Shown here one piece after another: positions 52,355-63,372 of a DNA stretch of 64,000 nt; within the stretch, counting starts at the first letter, position 1; the number at the start of each line of letters is the position of its first letter. The notes below the pieces were generated by a model that was not told the origin of the DNA, did not search any database, and was given only the letters and a program-made list of their open reading frames with translations. This DNA comes from Gemmatimonadales bacterium (GTDB taxonomy: Bacteria > Gemmatimonadota > Gemmatimonadetes > Gemmatimonadales > GWC2-71-9): assembly GCA_965249575.1 (NCBI GenBank), contig OZ252244.1, positions 1,216,001-1,280,000 on the forward strand, given 5' to 3'. A program made the translations under genes and the position numbers.

Positions 52355-55300
52355 CTATCCCCTAACCCCCACCACCACCTCTTCCTCACCCGCTCCTGCG
52401 TGGACAGGTCCAGCCTCCTTCTTCGATCCCGTTTGCTCCTCTCGACCAGCCCACGTGAAGTGCCTGCGAATCAGATCGTCGAAGTCATCGAGCAGGGAGT
52501 ACATCACCGGCACCAGCACGAGCGTCAAGAACGTTGCGAACGTGAGGCCCGCAATGACGGCGATGGCCATGGGGCCCCACCAGGACGCCTGCTGCCCTCC
52601 CCAGTAGAAGTCCGGCTGCAGGCTGGCGTACAGACCCACGAAATCGAAGTTCATCCCGATAGCCAGCGGAACCAAACCCAGCACCGTGGTGATCGCGGTG
52701 AGGATGACCGGCCGGAAACGGGTCATGCCCGCGCGCACGATGGCTTCACGCCGTTTCAAGCCGTCTCGCCTACGCAGGACGTCGATGTAATCGATGAGCA
52801 CGATGGCGTTGTTCACGACGACGCCCGCGAGACTGATGACGCCGACTCCGGTCATGACGATACCGAACGGCATGCGGAACACGATCAGGCCGATCAGCAC
52901 GCCGATAGTCGACAACAGCACCGAGGTCAAGATGATGAACGGCTTCGTGACCGAGTCGAACTGCGAGACGAGGATGAATCCTATGAGTGCCACCGCCATG
53001 ACGAAGGCCCCAAAGAGAAAGGCTTCCGAATCCGCCTGTTCCTGCTGCTGGCCCGCATACCGCAGGTGATATCCCGAGGGCAACGAGCTTTGAAACTCGG
53101 CGAGCGTTTCGCTCACTTCCGCGAGCACGGCGTTCGCGTTGTAAGCGGCGCGCACGTCCGAGGTGATCGTCGCCACACGGTCCAGGTCTTTGCGTTTGAC
53201 ATCGCCATAGCCCTTCCCGACCCGCCACGTCGCCACCGACGATAGCGGGACCTGACCGCCGTCCTCCGGGACGAGCGTGAGGTCGCCGAGCGAACTCAGA
53301 TCCTCGCGATACTCGCGCGCGAGTCGCACGACAATATCGTACTCGTCCTTGCCGTCGCGGTATTTCGAAGCTTCGGTCCCGTTGATCGCGCTTCGTACGG
53401 TCCCGCCGATCTCCTGTGTATTCAAGCCGTACAGAGCGGCTCGCTCCCGATTGACCTCGATAACCAGCTCCGGGCGACCACCCGACAGATCGCTCTCGAG
53501 CCCGTCCAGCTTGGCGAACACCGGTGAGTTTTCGAGTCGGCTCACGAGTTGTTCACCCAACTCTTGCAGGAAATCCGGGTCCTCACCCGAGATCTCGATC
53601 GCGATGGGTGCGCCGGTGGGCGGCCCCATTTCCATTTTCTCGACTGAGATATCCGCCCCCGCGATCTCCCGGCCAACGGTCTGGCGCATGTGTTCGAGCG
53701 TCACGAACGCCTCGACATTTTGATCCTGAAAGTCCACGAAGTTGACGGCGACGGTGGCGAGGTGGGTCCCGCCCCCGGGGTTGCCGAACCCGCCGCTGAC
53801 CTGCCCGCCCACCGTCGCAACGACAGACTCGAAGTCCTCGCGACCATCCAGTCCGCGCAGCTCGCCTTCGATTTTTCGGACGATTTGATCCGTTTCCTCT
53901 ACGCGCGTGCCGACGGGCGCATCGACCTGCACGTACACCGTCGTGGGTGGAATGTCCTCCGGGAAGAATTCGATGCCCGCATTCAGGAAGCCGAACGCCA
54001 TGATCGCGGCGACTAGCGCTCCACCCGCCCCGGCAAGCATCCTGAGCCGCCGTTCGAGCGCCCATCGAAGGAAGCGCTCGTAGCGCGCGATGATCGCCGG
54101 CAGCGCCGACGTCATGAACCAATGCCCGACCGGCCTGGCCACGTAGTGGTGAAACGCATACACGATAGCGCCGGTCGCGAGCAGGAGAACAGCCGTGAGC
54201 CAGTTCGAGACCAGGAACACGGCGACGACGATCCCGGCGCCCCCTAGCACGACCCGCCGAGCCATGGGCGTCAGCGGGGCTGTCTTCACTCCCTCGGTCT
54301 CGATGAGAATACTGCACAGTGTGGGAACGATGACGAGCGCCACGAACAAAGACGAACTGAGCGTGATGATGAGGGTCAGCGGCAGGAACTTCATGAACTC
54401 GCCCACGATGCCGGGCCAGAACGCCATGGGCAGGAACGCCGCCACCGTGGTTGCCGTCGACGCAATGATCGGGACAGCGACCTCTGCGGTGGCGAACTTC
54501 GCGGCGTCTCGCTTGCCAAACCCCTGCTCACGGAACCGATAGATGTTCTCCACGACGACGATGGCGTTGTCAACGAGCATGCCCAAAGCGAGAATCAGGC
54601 TGAACAACACCACCATGTTCATGCTGAACCCGACCAACCTGATGACGGAGAACGACAAGAGCATCGACAGCGGAATGGCAAGGCCGACGAACGATGCCGT
54701 ACGTAATCCCAAGAAGAAGAGCAAGACCGCCACCACAAGGACCAGCCCGGAGATGATGTTGTTTTCCAGGCTGTTCACCATGTCGTGAATGTCCTTGGAC
54801 TGATCTGAGGTCACATTCACGGCCGTCCCTGGAGGGAACCCCGCCTTCGATTGAGCCAGAATGGCCCGTACGGCGTCGGCGGTCGCAATGATATTTTCCC
54901 CGCTGCGCTTCTTGACCGACAGCGAGACGACGGAATTGCCGTCCAACCGCGCGAACGAATCACGCTCCTCGAACCCGAAGTCAACCGACGCCACGTCCCT
55001 GACGTAGACCGGCCGGCCCCCGACCGTCTTGACGACGATGTCGGCGATGGGTTCCGGGGTATCGAATTCACCGGGTACGCGCACCAGATACTTCACGTCG
55101 CCAACGTCGATCGCCCCACCAGGAATCGTGACGTTTTCGCGCCGGATGGCCTTGATAACGTCGTCAAACGCAAGCCGGTAGAACTTGAGTTTGGCGAGAT
55201 CGACGTAGACCTGCACCTCCCGCTCGAGACCGCCAGACAGCCGTACCTCGATCACGCTCGGGATCTGCTCGATGCGATCCTTGAGATCCTCCGCCACGTC

Positions 55301-55792
55301 CCTGAGCCGGGTCAGGCTATACGGACCCGCGACGTTGACTTGCATAATCGGGAATTGGGCGAAGTTGATCTCGACGATGCTCGGTTCTTCGGCGGCTTCT
55401 GGCAGCTCCGGCTTAGCGATGTCCACTTTCTCACGGACTTGCTGTATCGCCTCGTCCATGTCGACGCCCGCATCGAACTCCACGTTGATGCTGGAGTAGC
55501 CTTCGACTGATGTGGACTGAATGGTCTTGACGTCCGAAATGGTGTTGAGCTCTTCCTCGATGGGACGCGTGATGAGCGTTTCGACATCCTTTGGCGCAAC
55601 ACCCGAGTAGATCGTGTTGACGATGATGTTGGGGATGACGATTTCCGGCGATGACTCCTTCGGTACGACGCGATACGAATTGATGCCGAGCAGAATGAGG
55701 ATGACCGTCAACACCAACACGACCGTTGGGTGGTTCACGGCGAGCGAGGATACCTTGAACTCCCTGTAGCGTTTCTCCTCGGGCGTTGCCAT
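52355..55792 (-). CDS. RND efflux permease (AcrB/AcrD/AcrF family)
   Basis: 1145 aa; GMLVDNAIVVVENI, GVVVNNAIVL, RFRPVILT. Confidence 0.95.
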   Translation of the reverse strand: MATPEEKRYREFKVSSLAVNHPTVVLVLTVILILLGINSYRVVPKESSPEIVIPNIIVNTIYSGVAPKDVETLITRPIEEELNTISDVKTIQSTSVEGYSSINVEFDAGVDMDEAIQQVREKVDIAKPELPEAAEEPSIVEINFAQFPIMQVNVAGPYSLTRLRDVAEDLKDRIEQIPSVIEVRLSGGLEREVQVYVDLAKLKFYRLAFDDVIKAIRRENVTIPGGAIDVGDVKYLVRVPGEFDTPEPIADIVVKTVGGRPVYVRDVASVDFGFEERDSFARLDGNSVVSLSVKKRSGENIIATADAVRAILAQSKAGFPPGTAVNVTSDQSKDIHDMVNSLENNIISGLVLVVAVLLFFLGLRTASFVGLAIPLSMLLSFSVIRLVGFSMNMVVLFSLILALGMLVDNAIVVVENIYRFREQGFGKRDAAKFATAEVAVPIIASTATTVAAFLPMAFWPGIVGEFMKFLPLTLIITLSSSLFVALVIVPTLCSILIETEGVKTAPLTPMARRVVLGGAGIVVAVFLVSNWLTAVLLLATGAIVYAFHHYVARPVGHWFMTSALPAIIARYERFLRWALERRLRMLAGAGGALVAAIMAFGFLNAGIEFFPEDIPPTTVYVQVDAPVGTRVEETDQIVRKIEGELRGLDGREDFESVVATVGGQVSGGFGNPGGGTHLATVAVNFVDFQDQNVEAFVTLEHMRQTVGREIAGADISVEKMEMGPPTGAPIAIEISGEDPDFLQELGEQLVSRLENSPVFAKLDGLESDLSGGRPELVIEVNRERAALYGLNTQEIGGTVRSAINGTEASKYRDGKDEYDIVVRLAREYREDLSSLGDLTLVPEDGGQVPLSSVATWRVGKGYGDVKRKDLDRVATITSDVRAAYNANAVLAEVSETLAEFQSSLPSGYHLRYAGQQQEQADSEAFLFGAFVMAVALIGFILVSQFDSVTKPFIILTSVLLSTIGVLIGLIVFRMPFGIVMTGVGVISLAGVVVNNAIVLIDYIDVLRRRDGLKRREAIVRAGMTRFRPVILTAITTVLGLVPLAIGMNFDFVGLYASLQPDFYWGGQQASWWGPMAIAVIAGLTFATFLTLVLVPVMYSLLDDFDDLIRRHFTWAGREEQTGSKKEAGPVHAGAGEEEVVVGVRG

Positions 55793-56898
55793 CAGTCGCG
55801 ATCCCCCCGGGCGTCCGGCGCGTCGTCACTCGCCTCAACGACGCGCACCCGACTCCCATCATCGACCAACCTGTTACCCACGGTCACCAAGCGGTCGCCG
55901 GGGCTGAGCCCTTGCTCGATCACGACGCGATTCGCGTACGCGGCCCCGAGCCGGACCTCGCGTGCTTCGGCGACCGCGTGGCCATCCCGTTCGACCACGA
56001 CGAACACCTGATAGCCGTTCTCCGTCCGCTCGACCACCTGTTGCGGGGCAACGATGACGTCGTCGAGCCGCTCGCGGACGATCTGCATGTTGGCAATCAT
56101 CTGTGGCTTGACCACCTGCTTCGGGTTGTCGAGAACGACTTCGATTCGGATAGTTCGATTGATCGCATCGACACTGGTGCCGACGAAGCCGATGCGGCCC
56201 TCGAACTGCCGCCCGGCAATGACGTCGAACGTCACGTTGGCACGGCTACCCTGACGGACCGACAGCGCGAACCGCTCCGGGACGCCGCCCACGACCTTGA
56301 CTCGCCGGACGTCCACCACGCGGGCAACCGGTGTGCCGGGAACGGCCATTTCACCCGCCTCGAGAAACTTTTCGTCGAACACACCCGTGACGGGCGATCG
56401 GATGGCCGTTCGCTCGAGGCGGGCCTCCAGTGTCCCTAAACGAGCCGCGGCGGCTTCCGCCTGCGCCTTGGCCTCCAAAAAGCGGATCTCACTGCCGATC
56501 TCCTCCTCTTCCCACAGAATCCGCTGCCGCTCATACTGCTCACGCGCCAGGCTCGCCGCCGCGCGCGCTTCTTCGGCTTGTGCGCGGAGGACGGCGGCGT
56601 CGATACTCGCAATGACATCGCGCTTCTTGACACGCGCACCTTTCTCGACCCAGAACCGCTCGATGGATCCGGACTCCTCCGCCGACAGCGTCACGTCACT
56701 CATGGCTTCGACTTCGCCCGTGATCCGAATGTAATCGACGAAATCCGAAAGCGTCGCGGGGGCGGCCTCGACATTGATGACGCGTACACCCTCGTCTTCC
56801 GGCTGGACCGCGCCCTCCGACGGCGCACACCCAGCGGCCACCACGACGGCGACGATTCCCGCCGTCATTTCCCTCGATTGGCTCAGCATCCTGGTCAT
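55792..56898 (-). CDS. RND periplasmic adaptor (membrane fusion protein), lipoprotein
   Basis: AAGC lipobox, IRSPVTG, GLSPGDRLV. Confidence 0.92.
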   Translation of the reverse strand: MTRMLSQSREMTAGIVAVVVAAGCAPSEGAVQPEDEGVRVINVEAAPATLSDFVDYIRITGEVEAMSDVTLSAEESGSIERFWVEKGARVKKRDVIASIDAAVLRAQAEEARAAASLAREQYERQRILWEEEEIGSEIRFLEAKAQAEAAAARLGTLEARLERTAIRSPVTGVFDEKFLEAGEMAVPGTPVARVVDVRRVKVVGGVPERFALSVRQGSRANVTFDVIAGRQFEGRIGFVGTSVDAINRTIRIEVVLDNPKQVVKPQMIANMQIVRERLDDVIVAPQQVVERTENGYQVFVVVERDGHAVAEAREVRLGAAYANRVVIEQGLSPGDRLVTVGNRLVDDGSRVRVVEASDDAPDARGDRD

Positions 56899-58376
56899 CC
56901 CTCGCGGTTCGGACGGTACGCGGCAACCAGCGCCGGATCGTCCGGCACGCTGCCCGTCGCGGCATCGAGGTTCGAGCGCGCCGTCAAATAGTCGTAGACC
57001 GCCTGTGCATAATTGAATTCCGACTGCCGGAGGGCGACCTCCGCGTCGGTGATCTGGAGTTGCGAACCAAGACCGGCTCGGTATTCCGCCGATGCGATCT
57101 CGAAGCCCCGCTGTGCCTGGTCCACAGCCCTTCGTTGGCTCTCCACTCGTACCCGCGCTTCTCCTAAACTGGCCAGCGCGGTTTGGAGCTCGTTGACCGT
57201 TTGCTGCTCAGTCAACTCGAGGCGAGCCTGGTTCTGCCGCACGGCGGCCTTGGCCTGCGCCATCCGCGCGTCCCGCTTGAACCCAGTGAAAATCGGTAAT
57301 TCGATCCTGATGCCACCGGCGAAGGACGTCGACCGCTGGTTGGTGTTCTCACCGAAGAAGCTCGGACTGCCGTTCTCCTGCGCCACGATGTTGTAGTTCG
57401 AAAAGATCGAGAGCTTCGGGAAGTACTCCGCTCGCTCCACGGCGACCCGCGCCCGCTGGAGCTCGATGCCCAGGCGAGCCTGCCTCAGATCGCTACGCTC
57501 GACGAACGCCTGGTCGTGCAGATCGTCGAACGACTGGGCACGCGTGACTGACGGGCCCGAGAGCGCCAACAGAGTCGCGTTCTCTGGGCTGTTTTGCGCC
57601 GGATCGGCGATGTCCATCGCGTGCAGCTCGCCCTCGACTCGCACCGGTGTCGTCGGATCGGTGCCCATCGCCACGGCCAGGGACCGCTCCGCGGTGGCCA
57701 CCCCATCTTCCGCGCGCCGGAGGTTGGGCTCCAAGTTGGCCAATTGCACCTCGAGCCGGAGCACGTCGTAGGCGCTCGCCAGCCCCGCGCGTTTCATGGC
57801 CTTGGTTTCCCCGAGGGTCTGGCGTACCCGCTCGATGCTCACCCGATTCAGCCGAACCTCTTCGAGCCGAAGCAGCGTGTTGAAATAGGCAAGCCGAACC
57901 GATGACACGACACCTTGCACGACGCCACGCAGCCGCTCTTCCTCGAGCGACCGGAACCGGCCCGCGACGCCGAGCCCGATGAACGCCCCGACCTCGAAGA
58001 GTGGCTGGCTCAGCGACAGCCCGGCCTGCCAGCTGTTGTCCGCTCCGAACCGCACCGCGATCAGATCGTTCGGGCCGGCGTTGGGATCGAGGAATTGGGC
58101 CGGAAGAAACGCCTCCTGTATACGGAAGTTCCGCTGATAAGACGCGCTGGCGGAGATGTCCGGTAGCACGCTGGACCACGCCTCGCGAACCTGCGCACCA
58201 GCCACACGGAGCCCCTGGTTGGCGTCGGCGATCGTCCTGCTGTTGGCTAGCGCCACCGTGATCGCCCGTCCCAGGGAGACGGTTTCTCCGGCCGTCTGTG
58301 CCTGCAATGGCGTCACCGCCCCCGGGAACACGCCAAACCCCAAGGCCAGCACCGCGACCGCTTTCCTTTGAACCAC
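56895..58376 (-). CDS. TolC family outer-membrane efflux protein
   Basis: Signal peptide, helical repeats, EYRAGLGSQLQI; position in the operon. Confidence 0.9.
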   Translation of the reverse strand: MVQRKAVAVLALGFGVFPGAVTPLQAQTAGETVSLGRAITVALANSRTIADANQGLRVAGAQVREAWSSVLPDISASASYQRNFRIQEAFLPAQFLDPNAGPNDLIAVRFGADNSWQAGLSLSQPLFEVGAFIGLGVAGRFRSLEEERLRGVVQGVVSSVRLAYFNTLLRLEEVRLNRVSIERVRQTLGETKAMKRAGLASAYDVLRLEVQLANLEPNLRRAEDGVATAERSLAVAMGTDPTTPVRVEGELHAMDIADPAQNSPENATLLALSGPSVTRAQSFDDLHDQAFVERSDLRQARLGIELQRARVAVERAEYFPKLSIFSNYNIVAQENGSPSFFGENTNQRSTSFAGGIRIELPIFTGFKRDARMAQAKAAVRQNQARLELTEQQTVNELQTALASLGEARVRVESQRRAVDQAQRGFEIASAEYRAGLGSQLQITDAEVALRQSEFNYAQAVYDYLTARSNLDAATGSVPDDPALVAAYRPNREG

Positions 58377-58387
58377 TCGATTGAACC

Positions 58388-59065
58388 TCAACGTTGCGCT
58401 CCTGACTCGATTTCGGAGTTCTCCAAAGGCTCCCGGCCCGACGCCAGGATGCCTTCCCGGACGTACGGCTCGAAAGCGGCAAACAGATCGACGGGAGACA
58501 TCTTGTCCTCCGATTCCTCTCCCTCGCAGGCACATCCCTTGAGGCGGCAGGCAAGCACCAGGGTCACCAACCCGTGAACGGTCGACCACAGATACAGTGT
58601 GACGAGGTCGGGATCGCCGGCGCGCATCGTCCCCGCCTCAATCGCGTCTACCACGCTCTGCCTGACCAAAGGGTACCCACCACCGCCGGGGAGGTCTTCC
58701 AACTCACGCGGATCCGGCATCTGTATGCTGAAAATAACCCGAAAGGACGCGCGGTTCTCCAGCGCGAACTGTATGTACGCCCGCCCCAATGCCACCACCC
58801 GCTCGATCGACCCCTTCGGGTGGCGAAGCATCGCTTCCTCCAAGTCGTGCCCAAACTGCGCGAAGGCGCAGCGCACGACTCGGTCCACCAGCTCTTGCTT
58901 GCCCTGGAAGTAGTGGTAGATGGCCGTAGCCGACACGCCCACCCGCTCCCCGACCGCCCGCATCGACAGCGCCCCGAGCCCTCCCTCGACGATGAGATCG
59001 CGAGCCGCGTCGATAATGGACCCCTCGAGGTCTCCTTTGGGGCTTTCCTGTGTCGACGTTGTCAT
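58388..59065 (-). CDS. TetR family transcriptional regulator
   Basis: LSMRAVGERVGVSATAIYHYFQGK helix-turn-helix. Confidence 0.92.
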   Translation of the reverse strand: MTTSTQESPKGDLEGSIIDAARDLIVEGGLGALSMRAVGERVGVSATAIYHYFQGKQELVDRVVRCAFAQFGHDLEEAMLRHPKGSIERVVALGRAYIQFALENRASFRVIFSIQMPDPRELEDLPGGGGYPLVRQSVVDAIEAGTMRAGDPDLVTLYLWSTVHGLVTLVLACRLKGCACEGEESEDKMSPVDLFAAFEPYVREGILASGREPLENSEIESGAQR

Positions 59066-59119
59066 AAATCGATATATTATATACAGTTATGACGAGTACA
59101 CTGCCGTTTGGACAACCGG

Positions 59120-59146
59120 TTAACGCTGTTAAGTTAACACCGTTAA
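59120..59146. promoter_or_regulatory. Tandem palindromic operator, probably bound by TetR
   Basis: TTAACGCTGTTAA (59120-59132) and TTAACACCGTTAA (59134-59146), ~55 nt upstream of tetR. Confidence 0.7.
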
Positions 59147-59180
59147 CTACGACGGCAAGGACACAAAAGTTTCAAGGCGG

Positions 59181-59519
59181 TCACGATACGCTTCGCTCAT
59201 CGAACTCCAGCCGTCTGACTGCCGCTCGCACCTCGAGCGAGACCGCCCGGGTGACGTGCGCTGCTGGTACCGACCCCAAGGCCTGCGCCACCGCCTCCAC
59301 CGCCTGCCGCTCGAGCGAAAACCAGGGCACCCACGGCCGCAGGCTCCCAAACCAGGTCCGCTCCAGATCGGGCCAACGCGTTCCGCGCCAAAGACGCACC
59401 CGCCCAAACCATGCCCGCGGCCGGATCTCGAGGTCCACGTGCGTCGCGCTGCCGCGATGCAGGGTGGTACGAATAACGGTGTCCGCCGGCGATCGAGGCG
59501 TTTCATCAGACGCGAACAT
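59181..59519 (-). CDS. Hypothetical protein
   Basis: ORF with plausible composition only. Confidence 0.35.
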   Translation of the reverse strand: MFASDETPRSPADTVIRTTLHRGSATHVDLEIRPRAWFGRVRLWRGTRWPDLERTWFGSLRPWVPWFSLERQAVEAVAQALGSVPAAHVTRAVSLEVRAAVRRLEFDERSVS

Positions 59520-59945
59520 CGTCCACCGAACCCGCCCCGGATGAGGCGTCGCCTTGAGGGGGAAGCGCTGCTCCTTCTCGGGACCCTCGAGGACTTGGGC
59601 TTTGCCTGCCGAGCACCTCATCCACCAGCGCGTCGGCGACGTCGATGAGCGCGAGCGCCGTTACCCGCAGAGCGTCCCCGATGGAGGTCGGTTGACCGCC
59701 GGTAGCCGCAGGTCGACCGCCCTCGGCCTTGTCGAGCCGACGAAGAGTCCGGTCGAGCTCTGCGTCCGCAGCCGACCGGGTGTCCGGACTGTCCACCCCG
59801 ATGGTGCGCGTCCGCCGCCTGCCGTCCTCGCGCCATTCGATCCGCACCCGCCCGTTCTCGACATAACGCCGTCCCGTATGCGTGTATGACTTGACCGACC
59901 GCTGGTGTCGGCGGCGCGAGCTCTTCTTGCGGGCTGGAGGCACGT
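59506..59945 (-). CDS. Hypothetical protein with an integrase-arm-like segment; start uncertain
   Basis: VRIEWREDGRRRTRTIG..AADAEL. Confidence 0.35.
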
Positions 59946-60107
59946 GGGATAGTACGCACAGGTGTCGAATTCGTTGCACCTGCACTCCATCTTGCCGCCT
60001 AACGGCGGCGCTCGGGGTGCCTCCGGCGCACAGCACCTGATACCTTAGCTCGGATTCCGGCTGCGCCTCACGAGCGCCGCGCCGCCACGCCCCGACGGGA
60101 GATTAGC

Positions 60108-61006
60108 ATGACGATTCGCATAACTGCAGGAGTGAGCCTCCTGGTCATCGGCCTCTCGGAGGCCGCGCCGCCGCGCAGGAAGTCGGTCCCGAGCGGGGCT
60201 CACTGGTGATCGTGGGGGGCGGTGACCTCGCCGGGACCGGTATCCTGGAGCGATTCCTCGAACTCGCCGGCGGTGCCGCCGCCCCGATCGTGGTCATCCC
60301 TACGGCCGGTGGCCAGGAAGAGTACGACCAGCACTGGCCAGGTCTCAGCAGGCTCAGGCGTGCGGGCGCCCGGGACTTGAGAGTCCTCCACACGGTGGAC
60401 CGCCGCGAGGCCGACACGGAGCCCTTCGTCGAACCAATCCGGGAGGCCCGAGGAGTGTGGTTCCCCGGCGGGCGGCAATGGCGTCTGGCCGATGCTTATC
60501 TGCACACTCGCGTGCACGAGGAGATTCGGGCTCTGCTCGATCGAGGTGGCGTGGTCGGTGGCTCTTCTGCCGGCGCGACGATCCAGGGGTCCTACCTGGT
60601 GCGCGGGGACACCGAGACCAATACCATCATGATGGGAGACCACACCGAGGGCTTCGGCGTCCTTCAAGACGTTGGAATCGACCAGCACTTGCTCAAACGG
60701 AACCGCCACTTCGATCTCGTCGAGGTGATCGATGCGCACCCAGAGTTGCTGGGCATCGGCATCGACGAGGGAACTGCCATCGTGGTGCGGGGAGACCAGT
60801 TCGAAGTCATCGGCAGGAGTTACGTGTTCATCTACGATCACGAGCGGATGCTCGCCAATGACGACGCTGGGAATCTCCGCCCGATCGCCGGCCGGTTTTA
60901 CGCTCTCGCAGCGGGTGATGTCTATGACCTGACGGCGCGAAGCGCCAGCAGACCGACGACCGTGCCGCAGCCGCTGATGCGGATCGCACCGAAAGCTTGG
61001 CCATAA
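60108..61006 (+). CDS. Cyanophycinase/S51 peptidase, secreted; frameshift at ~60165
   Basis: LVIVGGG, IPTAG, FPGGRQ, GGSSAGA, IDQH, GIGIDE; signal peptide from ATG 60108 is off-frame. Confidence 0.85.
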
Positions 61007-61023
61007 TCTCGGACACGCTCACC

Positions 61024-62876
61024 ATGATGACAATCGTCTGGCACTGGCGGGCCGCTGCAACCGCCGTACTGCTCCTCGCGCTCACACCCTCGAGCACCGC
61101 AGCGCAGCGGGGAGGTCCCATCGCACGCCCATCACCCCGATTCCTGGTCCGCCTCGAGCCGAGCGTGATGATCCCGATGCGAGACGGCGTGCGGCTCTCC
61201 ACCGACCTATACTTCCCGGTCCGGGCCACCGATAAACTGCCGGTTGTGTTGATCCGCACCCCGTACAACAAACTAGGAGCGGGAGTCGAGCGAGACGCGC
61301 GGTTTTTTGCTGGTCATGGGTTCGCGGTGGCCATACAAGATCTGCGTGGGAAGTTCGAGTCAGAGGGACTGTTCACGAAAATGTCGGGCCAGGACCCGCG
61401 CGACGGCTACGACACCATGGACTGGCTCGCGACTCGACCCTGGTCCACGGGGAAGATCGGCACGTACGGCTGTTCCTATCTCGGCGAGACACAGATCGCG
61501 CTCGCTGCGATGCGCCATCCGAATCACTCGGCCGCCATCCCCAAGGCAGCCGGCGGCAATTACGCCGGCCGGCACACGTACTTCGGCCAATACGAAGGCG
61601 GAGTCGTCGAATTGGCTGGGATGTTCTGGTGGGAAACCGGAAACGGCAGTAAGGTCTATTACCGAGCGCCGGAGTGGCTCCCACGAGAGACACTCCGGCA
61701 AGCCAGGACGTATTTCAATCCGGCGCCCACGTTTCCGCCCATTGACTACGCCGCCGTCCTCTGGACCCTGCCAACTGTCGACATGATGAAAGAGGTCGAC
61801 CGCCCCCCGAACGATTTCGAGGCGTTCCTATCGCACGACCCGGGCGATCCGTACTGGGACTCCCTGGGCTATACCGACCGCAACGACCGCTTCGACGTTC
61901 CAGCCCTGCACGTGGACTCATGGTACAACGGGTCGATCGCCGAGCAGCTCGATCTGTTCAACCTCTTCCGGACGAACGCCGTAACTGAGCGGGGCGGGGA
62001 CAACCAGTTCGCCATCATCTCGCCCACGGCGCACTGCGGCTCGGAGAGGGCGTCGGAGCGGACCATGGTCGGGGAACGGGACGTCGGCGACGCGCGCCTG
62101 GACTACCATGAGATCTACCTGCGCTGGTTCGACTACTGGCTACGGGAGATCGACAATGCCGCGACGGAGATGCCCAAGCTACAGTTGTACGTCATGGGGC
62201 GAAATGAGTGGCAGAGCGCTTCGACGTGGCCGATCGGGGGAACGCGGTTCACCAACTACTACCTTCGCTCCGACGGCCGGGCCAACAGCCGCTTCGGCAC
62301 CGGCGCGCTGAGCACCGAGGCGCCGATGGTCGAGCCCGCGGATGAGTTCGTCTACGATCCGCGGGTGCCGGTACCCACCCTGGGCGGGTCGCTTTGCTGC
62401 ACCGGAAACCCGCGTCAGGTCTCCGGTTCGTTCGATCAGTCGGAACTCGAAATGCGACAGGACGTGCTCGTGTACTCCACGCCTCCTCTAGAGGAAGGGG
62501 TGGAGGTGACCGGACCGATGGAGGTCGTGCTCTATGTCTCTTCGTCGGCGAAAGACACCGACTTCACCGCCAAACTGGTCGATGTCTACCCCGACGGGCG
62601 AGCGTTCAACGTGCGTGCGGGCATTCAACGCGCTCGGTATCGGGAAGGATATGGCGAGAAGGTCTGGATGAAGCGCGCCGGGCAACATCGAACTACTTCG
62701 GCCCCGGTCACCGGATCCGCCTCGAGATCTCGAGCAGTGATTTCCCACGATTCGAGCGGAATCTCAATACCGGGGGCAGCAACTACGACGAGGCCGAGTG
62801 GGTGGTGGTGACCAACGGCATTCACCACTCACTCGACCATCCGTCGCATATTGTCCTCCCCGTTGTCAGCCGCTGA
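61024..62876 (+). CDS. CocE/NonD family hydrolase; small deletion/frameshift at ~62678
   Basis: [32 protein letters not shown]-terminus [23 protein letters not shown] in another frame. Confidence 0.87.
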
Positions 62877-62888
62877 GCGGCCCGGCAC

Positions 62889-63272
62889 TCATTGAACCGT
62901 AAAGGACGCACTCTCCAAGACTGTGCCGTCGGCCGTCACCACATCGACCCGCCAGGACCCGCTCCACTCGGCCGGAATCGCCTTGCGGCTCCAGGTGCGC
63001 CAGGTCGGCCCGCCGACGTTCAACGACACCCGGGCCATCTCCTGGTCGTCCCGATACCACACGTGCTCGATCTGTGTCCCGTCCTCCGCCCCGTTGATAC
63101 GCGTCCAGCAAACCACCTGTCCCACGTCCGCTGGGAACGTTTGCATGACCCCCTGCGGCTCGCGGTCGGCGACGTCCGTGGCGATGGCGATCTCCTCGAC
63201 CGTGGGGCCGTTCTGGGCGACGAGCGGGCCCGCGATGAGAGTGAGCGCCAGAAGCAGCGAAAACGATTTCAT
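62889..63272 (-). CDS. DUF2914-like secreted protein
   Basis: Signal peptide, IEHVWY, WRTWSRK, GSWRVDV. Confidence 0.8.
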   Translation of the reverse strand: MKSFSLLLALTLIAGPLVAQNGPTVEEIAIATDVADREPQGVMQTFPADVGQVVCWTRINGAEDGTQIEHVWYRDDQEMARVSLNVGGPTWRTWSRKAIPAEWSGSWRVDVVTADGTVLESASFTVQ

Positions 63273-63372
63273 CAAGCCCTCCCCAGGAATAGGATATGAG
63301 TCTCCGAACGCACAAATGCGCGTTGCTGGCCAAGTTGGCCGTGGTCTCGAGATCGCGAAGTAACGGACGTCA

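Noticed and set aside
59506..60036. Integrase or prophage boundary
   Set aside because: Only a short arm-like motif is present, with no catalytic recombinase domain or att site.
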